Source of the DNA: Octopus bimaculoides
Taxonomy: Eukaryota
Direction of reading: 5' to 3'
Length of the DNA: 45,908 nucleotides
NCBI RefSeq assembly: GCF_001194135.2
Contig: NC_068982.1
Coordinates: 176,707,695 to 176,753,602 of the forward strand
Shown here: piece by piece, positions 37,065-45,908 of the stretch
How positions within the stretch are numbered: position 1 is the first letter of the stretch
How the letters are laid out: each line of letters opens with the position of its first letter
The notes under the pieces: generated by a model
What the model was told of the DNA's origin: nothing
Databases searched by the model: none
What the model saw: the letters and a program-made list of their open reading frames with translations, nothing else
Program-made: the position numbers and the translations under genes

Positions 37065-38925
37065 CACTTATGTATACGTATATATATATATTGTGTGTGT
37101 GTATTTGCACATGTGTAGCTCAGTATATGTGAGTGTATGGGCGTGTTTCTGCCCATGTTTTTCTTGCGCGCATGCGTGTATGTTATTATATATGTGTGGG
37201 CAAAGAAGCGCTCGTGAAAATATGGGTTCGGGTGAACGACAAAGTTCTTTTGGTCGATGAAAGGTAAGTATTTTATTTATATATTTGGGTCAGTGTCTTA
37301 ATACAACTGTAGGACTTTAGCAACAGTACAGAATGTAGTATTTGATTCCAGCAGTGCCTGTCAACACCTGATAAGGTATATTAATCCTAGGTGTCATGGG
37401 AACTGCTAGTCTAAAGGCTCCCTTTGTCCGGAAGTAAGAATGGTGGATGTGAATTGCAACTAAAGTCCATGACCTTTTCTAATTTTGAAACGTATGCACG
37501 CAGACACACAAATATTTACGTCTGTTAATGTGTGTATTTACGCTTACATACACAACAATGTATTAATCCATATACTGTTTTTTCCTCTCATATATGTGTG
37601 CATAATAATTTCCATCTATGCACGTGTGTTTATTTTGTACGCACATGGCGTTAAAGTGCGTACATATATAAAAAGTGTCAGCACTTGTGATATAAAACAT
37701 GCACAACCGCCAAACCCATACTCGCATACACAAACACAGGGACACATACAAACTCACACATAGACTCACACTCACACATAGACTCACACTCACACACTCA
37801 CATGTATGTATATATATGTGTGTGTATGTGTGTTTGTGTGTGTTTGCCTCTCTCTCTCTCTCTCAAATATATATATGTACATATATATATTTATGTATAC
37901 ATATACATATATATGTATATATGCATACACACACACACACACACAAATATATATATATATATATATATANNNNNNNNNNNNNNNNNNNNNNNNNNNNNNN
38001 NNNNNNNNNNNNNNNNNNNNNNNNNNNNNNNNNNNNNATATACATACATATTCATGCATGCATACATACATACATACTTATACACACATTAATGCACAAA
38101 CGTAGACACACGTGTGTCTGTATGTGTGTTTGTGTTAGTGGTTTCTATTTCTCTGGTACAATATTTACGTACTTTGACTAGTTATATTTGCATACTTCAG
38201 TTAAACATGTTATTTAGTTTTTTCTAACTCATTAAATTATTTGTTTTGGTCTGTTAGTTTATTTATGTTATTTTTACTTTCTTTTTGTTGAATTTGATAA
38301 ATGGCTGCCATCAAACTTGTCTACCGTCAACATTTGGCAAAAGAAGGTTTCATTTCCTTTTATATTTCTATTATATTCCCACTAACTACAAGAGCCATAA
38401 ACATTACCGCCACCACCACAACTGCCACCAACAAAACCACCACAGCCACGTTCACATTACTCTAACCACTTCCGTCTCTATTGTTATGCCAAATATCATC
38501 AATTGTAACGTATGGTACGCACTCTACTACCGCCATGATTTATTTTGCAATACAACAAACACTACCGCAAATCTCGACTTTACTCTCAGTACTAAATGTC
38601 ATTGAAACCACTTCCTAAACTGCCACAATCCTGATTCATCCCATATTACAGAACTCAACATCAGGTACTCTTGTGCTGTCACTCACCCAACAGCAATTAT
38701 TGAGAATCTCAACCACAACTATCAAAGCATGACTAATACCAACCAGACAGCAAAATAACACTGCCGCAAAAACCCATCCTTCCAATGTTAGACCAACTCT
38801 ATACGGCCAACTTTTATACACTTTCAAGCATTTTGCTATTGCAAAAATGTCGCAACCATACTATAACAATCATAGTATCGCCAATGCAGCGTAACAAATA
38901 AAGATTTATACCTGAACAGAGCTAA

Positions 38926-39533
38926 CGGATCTTTTTTAAAACGGGGGCCACAGTTTTCATTAACGAAACACTTTGAAACTTGTAACACTGGTAGAATGTG
39001 TCATATAAAACATCTTTTTCTCTTAGTCTTCTTAAAAAAAAAAAAGAAATCCATAAGTTATTCCATGTGAAAGTTGTCGTATTTCTGTAATTTCAACCAA
39101 TCACTGACGTCCATTCAGCCGATATACATTAAGTGCCGACTACATAAACAAACGATTCTGAAATAATTAACCCTAACCCTCACCCTAACTCTAACCCTAA
39201 CCCTAATCGTAGGGTTAGTGTTAGGGTTAGGGCTAGGGTTAAAGCAAATTTAAAATGAAAAAAGCAAATAAAACGAAGGTATGGAGATTAAATGCGCTTT
39301 ACATCGCTTAAACAGCCAAGGAGTAAATGTAAACAACTGAATACTTGTCAGTGATTGGTTGAAATTATCGAAATAAGACAATTTTTTTACATGAAATAAA
39401 TTCGAATACAAAAATATTTTTCTGTTCTATAACACAAAATAGATAAGTATACGAAGTTTGAAAGTCTCTCGGTACCAAAAACACTACGTGAAACATTAAT
39501 GAAAAATGTGGCCCCCGTTTTAAAAAAGATCCG
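38926..39533. mobile_element. Telomeric-core fold-back MITE, copy 2; 608 bp, 38-bp TIRs (1 mismatch), 6-bp TSD AGCTAA
   Basis: Same TIRs and interior as 8709-9294, in the same orientation. AGCTAA lies at 38920-38925 and at 39534-39539. Confidence 0.92.
39170..39242. repeat. (CCCTAA)n-(TTAGGG)n core of MITE copy 2, partly degenerate
   Basis: Direct reading of the sequence. Confidence 0.9.
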
Positions 39534-40098
39534 AGCTAACTGCTACCGCCGTGTGCTTCAGTAGAAAGAAACGCAATAACAACCACTAGGAACATTATTA
39601 TCACTACAGTAAGTCCAAAACGGTTGTCATCAGCAGAAACGTCAACTCTTCCAAGAATAATATTCTGAGCCATCAATTTCAAGTTGGTGATACGATCATT
39701 ACTGGCGCTGTATCAACACTAACGCTACCCTTAATACCAGTACTACCACCACAGTGTGTATCACTTTACAATATCTATCATCGTCACCAATGTTAACCGT
39801 AACCAATACGAGTTCTATTATCACTAATCTTACAACTATCCTTCCAAAATATCTACCAATATTGTTATTACCAAAGTCCTCAAACAACAACCTATTGCAT
39901 CAACAATAACATCACCATGAACTCTGCCATCCACTGACACAGCATGGCCAGAACACGATAATTACCATCATACTCACCCCACCCCTACAAACCCTGTTAA
40001 CACAACCGCCACTAGCACCACCAAACAACACAAAACTCTTCCATAAATCCCTTCAGTTCATAAGAAGCCTGGTAAGAAAAGGAAATCAGATTTTCTAG

Positions 40099-40166
40099 TT
40101 AATATTGCACGTGGAAGACTGGAAGATGTGGCAGCCCCAATTTCACCTCTTGTACGATTTTGCCAG
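40099..40166 (+). CDS. Candidate internal exon of an unidentified gene (LILHVEDWKMWQPQFHLLYDFA-R)
   Basis: Acceptor ttttctag| and donor |gtagga. The exon is 68 bp, phase 0 in and phase 2 out, and joins the next candidate exon in frame. Confidence 0.4.
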
Positions 40167-40548
40167 GTAGGAACAGGAATCAATCTGACTGCCGTAGGTA
40201 TCTGCTGTTTTACGAGGCGACATAAGCAGTCTAGTGACATCAGGTGTATATAAAAGGCATCATATGGAAGCTAGTTAATTTGCTATGGGTGTGGGTTATA
40301 TTTTCAGCTGTGTATTAGCCCTGGTATTGTGCAAGTGTAGATTAGTTTCACTATTGACAGGCAGCGAATGTTTATGCTGCAGTTGTGTATGGACAAGCTA
40401 CAATCATGACAGTCTTCCCGGCTTGTAAGTGGAAAATTATTTGAACTTCATTAAAAGAATAGTATTTTTATGACAGCAATAAGACAGTTCTCTTTTCTTT
40501 CTAAGTACTGGATGTTCTTTCAAAATATATAGATCTTTTTTTTTTCAG

Positions 40549-40600
40549 ATGTAGATTTAGCGAATGTGAGAACGAGTTGTGTCAAGAAGTGTTCTGTCAA
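40549..40600 (+). CDS. Candidate internal exon (R-CRFSECENELCQEVFCQ)
   Basis: Strong acceptor tttttttttttcag| and donor |gtatgt. The exon is 52 bp and open in the phase supplied by 40099-40166. Confidence 0.45.
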
Positions 40601-40628
40601 GTATGTACCACGTTGAAACGTTGGTGTA

Positions 40629-40740
40629 GCTATGATATTCTGGTGCTATGATATTCTGGTGCTATGATATTCTGGTGCTATGATATTCTGGTGCTATGAT
40701 ATTCTGGTGCTATGATATTCTGGTGCTATGATATTCTGAT
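40629..40740. repeat. Minisatellite, 7 x 16 bp (GCTATGATATTCTGGT)
   Basis: Six identical units plus one unit with a single substitution. Confidence 0.97.
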
Positions 40741-41399
40741 GAGCTAGCTTTCTTTATTTGCATTAAGTTGTAAATATTAAATTTTTCATATAATGCGTAG
40801 TATGCATAAAAATGCATAAATCTAAACATAATTTATTCCACACTGAAATTATTACTACATAAAAAGGCTACGAAACAGCGATAATCTTAAAAATGTCAAG
40901 TGGCTAAATAAATATATTCATCTCTCATACCTCCTGTCTAGTTATAGTTTAAATACCCTTCATTAAGGAATTTCATCGATTGGATCATCTGGGTTTCAGC
41001 TGCATTGACATTCTGCATTACGCCTCTCTGTATTAGATTATTATGAGGTCTGATAGCTGAGTTCACTACAAGAGCTTCCTTTGATACACATGATTCTCTG
41101 AATCCATGTACCATACTACAAATTTACATATGTGGGTGTGTGGCTGTGTGTGTGGGGGTGCTCATTATTAGTGACGGAAGCAATATTGGTTCAAACTAGC
41201 ATTCAGTATATCATAGTTAACGTGGATATAATGTAGAAAGTGTGTAAAATGCGGTATTCGTCTTCTAATGATATACTTGTTTATTTTTCCGCACAATTCC
41301 TCTATAAGAGAAATTTTCTCAAAAGGAAAACTTCATTTTTTGGCTTTCTTCAGTATATCCACTTTACGTAAAATATGTGTGTATACATACATACATACA

Positions 41400-41497
<98 letters not shown>

Positions 41498-41913
41498 NNN
41501 NNNNNNNNNNNNNNNNNNNNNNNNNNNNNNNNNNNNNNNNNNNNNNNNNNNNNNNNNNNNNNNNNNNNNNNNNNNNNNNNNNNNNNNNNNNNNNNNNNNN
41601 NNNNNNNNNNNNNNNNNNNNNNNNNNNNNNNNNNNNNNNNNNNNNNNNNNNNNNNNNNNNNNNNNNNNNNNNNNNNNNNNNNNNNNNNNNNNNNNNNNNN
41701 NNNNNNNNNNNNNNNNNNNNNNNNNNNNNNNNNNNNNNNNNNNNNNNNNNNNNNNNNNNNNNNNNNNNNNNNNNNNNNNNNNNNNNNNNNNNNNNNNNNN
41801 NNNNNNNNNNNNNNNNNNNNNNNNNNNNNNNNNNNNNNNNNNNNNNNNNNNNNNNNNNNNNNNNNNNNNNNNNNNNNNNNNNNNNNNNNNNNNNNNNNNN
41901 NNNNNNNNNGTGT

Positions 41914-41952
<39 letters not shown>

Positions 41953-43684
41953 CTACCCACACACATTTCTCTTTTCCTTTGAATTTCATTATCCGTATGT
42001 GGTGTGAATAGTTTAGATTGATAAACGTTTTGGTAATACGTGTGTTTTTAGAGAAAGGACAGAGGAGTTATGTTCAAACACACATACACACTCGCGCACA
42101 GACACGCACATACACACCTCACACATAAGCACGCAAGCACACACAGTGGCGTTGGAAAAGTATGACACAGAGAAGTTGTATGAGTTTATCTGTATGTATG
42201 TTGGAGGGTTGCTTAGCATTGGGTAAGGACACTACCCCCGCCCTCCAGAGAAGCTTCATTTATTTGGTCAACGCTCTATGTACTTGGAGGGTACAGCCAG
42301 AAGGCACCGGATGAGGTAATGAGTGTCTTATATTACGTATATATATGTATGTATATGTATATACATGCATACATACATACATGCATATATATATATGTGT
42401 GTGTGTTTGTATATATATATGAAATATATCTACATATGTAAATATATATATATATATATAAAATATATCTACAGATATATATATATATGTGTGTGTGTGT
42501 GTATTACATGTCTCTGTGCTTGTGTATCTGTATACGCTGATGTATGTTTGCATCCAGTCAATGCCCCTCCTTGTGTAAGTTAGTGCCTGTCACTTCATAG
42601 GTCTGGTGTCTGAAAAGAGATTAATGAGAGGCATATAGACGAAGTGACAGCGACTGTGTGAGAATGTGGATGGCGTGAGATAAGTTAGGCGGACAGAGGA
42701 GCAGGGTATAAGGGATAGGTTTCTGTGGGGGTTAATCTGCCAGACACATGTCTGAGAGTATGTGCTTTTATGTAAGTGCATGTGTGTGTGTGTTTGTGCA
42801 GATCTGTCAATATATGTATATATATATATATNNNNNNNNNNNNNNNNNNNNNNNNNNNNNNNNNNNNNNNNNNNNNNNNNNNNNNNNNNNNNNNNNNNNN
42901 NNNNNNNNNNNNNNNNNNNNNNNNNNNNNNNNNNNNNNNNNNNNNNNNNNNNNNNNNNNNNNNNNNNNNNNNNNNNNNNNNNNNNNNNNNNNNNNNNNNN
43001 NNNNNNNNNNNNNNNNNNNNNNNNNNNNNNNNNNNNNNNNNNNNNNNNNNNNNNNNNNNNNNNNNNNNNNNNNNNNNNNNNNNNNNNNNNNNNNNNNNNN
43101 NNNNNNNNNNNNNNNNNNNNNNNNNNNNNNNNNNNNNNNNNNNNNNNNNNNNNNNNNNNNNNNNNNNNNNNNNNNNNNNNNNNNNNNNNNNNNNNNNNNN
43201 NNNNNNNNNNNNNNNNNNNNNNNNNNNNNNNNNNNNNNNNNNNNNNNNNNNNNNNNNNNNNNNNNNNNNNNNNNNNNNNNNNNNNNNNNNNNNNNNNNNN
43301 NNNNNNNNNNNNNNNNNNNNNNNNNNNNNNNNNNNNNNNNNNNNNNNNNNNNNNNNNNNNNNNNNNNNNNNNNNNNNNNNNNNNNNNNNNNNNNNNNNNN
43401 NNNNNNNNNNNNNNNNNNNNNNNNNNNNTATATATATATATATATGCACGCGTACATAACAGTTGTGAGATATACTGATATAGTGGGAAGGTGAATAGCA
43501 GAGTGACAGAGAGATAATTAAAAACTATAAAGTTTGTGTGTGTTCCTTTGTCAGTATAAGAAAGATAGAAAGGAGGATCGAAAGAATTTAAAATTATACA
43601 TAGTTCATACGTATCGAGGCCAAATTGAAATAACGTTAAAAGCATATACTTTCAGTGTGCTAATAGGATCATGAGAAAGAGAGA

Positions 43685-43732
<48 letters not shown>

Positions 43733-43930
43733 GGTATTGCGAAAAAGAGAGAGAGTAAGAAATTGGTGGAAGGAAGCGAGACAAAGAAACGGTCTCGGTA
43801 GAGAACAACTACTATAGGGAAAGTTAGAGAGACAACGCGATTTATACATTAACATGTTTATGCTTAAGTTTACTGTATTGGCTTCGTTACCTCACATTTA
43901 TACACAGATGAATAGCTGTTTTATTTGCAG

Positions 43931-44082
43931 TTATATTTCCTTTGAAATGCAATACAGAAGTGGATGAGTTAGAACATAATCAAATAGATGACATGTTCAA
44001 ATCTACCACAAGCTTCTCGTTACGTTTCAGGGAAAAAATGCCATACTATATCAGTTCATTTGAATTAAATGTTGAGGATTAG
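43931..44082 (+). CDS. Weak candidate terminal exon (IFPLKCNTEVDELEHNQIDDMFKSTTSFSLRFREKMPYYISSFELNVED*)
   Basis: Acceptor gttttatttgcag| followed by 49 open codons in phase 1. No homology recognised; it could be a decayed coding remnant. Confidence 0.25.
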
Positions 44083-45282
44083 AAAGAGGACGTTGAAGAC
44101 AAGAAGAAAATTCATATTTATTCCCATGTAGGACTTTATTGAACTGACACACTGTCAAATGCGTATCATCCATGACTATAGCGACATTTTTATGGTTATT
44201 TAGGACAGCATGATCCAAAGTCTCACTTCTATATTTAAGACATAATGATGTGTAATTTGGAAAAGAATTGCCGGCTATTTCTGGCTGATCGAGCGATCTT
44301 CCAATTGCTCCCCCATTGAGCTGATCTTCTGGAACATTGCTGAATCAGCCGCTGAATCAAATTTCTGCTTAAGGAAATGTATAACCCACACAGCTAACAC
44401 CAATGGGTGAGCTCCATATTTACTACATTTTATTGACCATTTGTATTGATTTCTTCCATTGGTACCATGTTGAAACTTTTTAGTGCGGTGTATAATTAAT
44501 GGAATCGACTGAAATGCATGACACGCAATTAATTTCTGGAGATTAGACAAACATGAAAGATTGTGATTTAAAATTATATATTAAGGAGAAAACAAAATAC
44601 AATGAGTCACGGATATACATAATAATCACTTAAGAACAGAGCATTTTAAGTAACACTACCTAGACGATAAAAATCCGTAATTATAATAAGCGACTGCCTA
44701 TGTTGTACAGTTCGCTGGGCTCATCCATGTTAATCTGAAACGCTGCCCTATTTTATATGGAAATAGTAATTTCTAATAGGCTCAACATTTCAAAATTGTA
44801 GGATGAGCAGAATTGTTTCCAAAACTCTATTATTCAATGAATTCCTATTTTATAGATCTAAAAATGATGCCGAACAGAGTGACATGAATTCCGAGTTTAA
44901 TTCAGAAAACTGTATGACATGAACGCAGAACTGAATAAAATTGAAGCATTTTGCTCGTACCTCTACTCATTCTACAATTATGCTAGTTTTTTGATATGCA
45001 TATATCTACAATTTTTTAAAGAATAATTGTTGTAATTGCGAAGAAAAAATATGATGTTTAAACATTTGCGTAAAGAGATTATGGATAAAAATAAATAACA
45101 ATTTTATAACCGTAAGCATAAACTTAGATACGAACTATAAACTATATTTTAAAGAGAGAGAAATTAGTATATCTCATGTTCATATATTTCCCAAAATATT
45201 ACATCCTTGAAAGAAAGGGGTTTGGCCTTCTATAATTATGATGGGTTCAACAGTTATATATTTCTTGCCAAATATATAAATT

Positions 45283-45497
45283 GATATTGAATTCAAATTT
45301 TGGACACAAAGTCAGCAATTTCAGGGGGGGTGGTTAGTCTGTTACATCCATGCCAGTATTCAACTGTTACTTATTCAATCGACCCCGAAAGGACAAAATG
45401 CAAAGTCTAGCTCGGTGGCGTTTGAACTGGGAACGTAAAGACTGAATAAATGCCACTAGGCATTTTGTACGGCGTGCCGACCATTCTGCTAACTCGC
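45283..45497 (-). mobile_element. tRNA-type SINE, diverged copy
   Basis: Contains atcgaccccgaaagga...caaagtctagctcggtggcgtttgaactgggaacgtaaagac...cattttgtacggcgtgcc. Confidence 0.8.
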
Positions 45498-45869
45498 AGA
45501 ATTAATATTGTTTTCTCCATTAGGCAAGATTCTGCTATTGTTATGGCTAAGCTGAAGTGTAAACTTGTAAAACGTATGCTTTTCTTTCTAGTATTATGGG
45601 CCGGAATGAAATCTAATAACTTCGGTTTCTGATCCAAGCCTACTCGCTTTGAGTCTAGACATGACTATCACACCCTAATTTATTAAATACGGCAAAGTAC
45701 TGACTATTACACTTCACAAACAACCACAAATCGTTCGATATGTGACTGTTGACGACAATCATTCTTATGCAGTACATTGTCTCCCACTTCACGCTTAACT
45801 GAAGCCAAACAGTTACATTGGTATTCGAGACCATTCTTTGCAGAGGCTATCAAACACCGCATCATGGTG

Positions 45870-45908
<39 letters not shown>

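Larger units (their letters stand above)
3692..43428. other. Eleven assembly gaps (N runs): 3692-3727, 5083-5092, 9725-10393, 26267-27236, 28261-28754, 29934-30121, 33281-33686, 36979-36988, 37970-38037, 41498-41909, 42832-43428
   Basis: N runs, nearly all flanked by (TA)n or (TG)n microsatellites. Confidence 0.98.

Noticed and set aside
37200-37433. Two exon-like segments with strong donors (aag|gtaagt and gaa|gtaaga)
   Set aside because: Their phases do not chain with the 40099 exon without a stop, so they are not called as CDS. They could be UTR exons.
40629-40740. CRISPR array
   Set aside because: The units are contiguous with no unique spacers, the context is eukaryotic, and there are no cas genes.
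425-43855. Dozens of ORFs in the track made of CV/HT/YI/SL/RE/poly-K/poly-F repeats or X runs
   Set aside because: They are translations of microsatellites and N-gaps, not genes.

Overview
Eukaryotic, AT-rich, microsatellite-saturated draft-assembly sequence with 11 N-gaps. It most likely comes from an octopus-type cephalopod; this is inferred from the SINE, CR1 and Tc1 repeat families and the TTAGGG repeat. No complete protein-coding gene is visible. The window is mainly decayed mobile elements: the 3' end of an RTE-like LINE with three C2H2 fingers (1-345), two mariner pseudogenes, a mariner MITE, a Tc1-like pseudogene, Tx1/L1-like and CR1-like LINE fragments, a Penelope GIY-YIG remnant, a Helitron remnant and six copies of one tRNA-type SINE. 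A few plausible plus-strand exons lie near 40.1-40.6 kb and 43.9 kb. Three observations stand out. (1) There are two copies of a ~600 bp fold-back element with 38-bp TIRs, exact 6-bp target-site duplications and a central (CCCTAA)n-(TTAGGG)n palindrome (8709-9294, 38926-39533). (2) A tRNA-headed SINE carries a minimal Penelope-type hammerhead ribozyme fold in its tail (8331-8568). (3) A ~170-bp inverted repeat carries a hammerhead-like motif in each arm (17638-18101), and further hammerhead remnants occur elsewhere. All protein and family assignments come from recalled motifs, not database searches.
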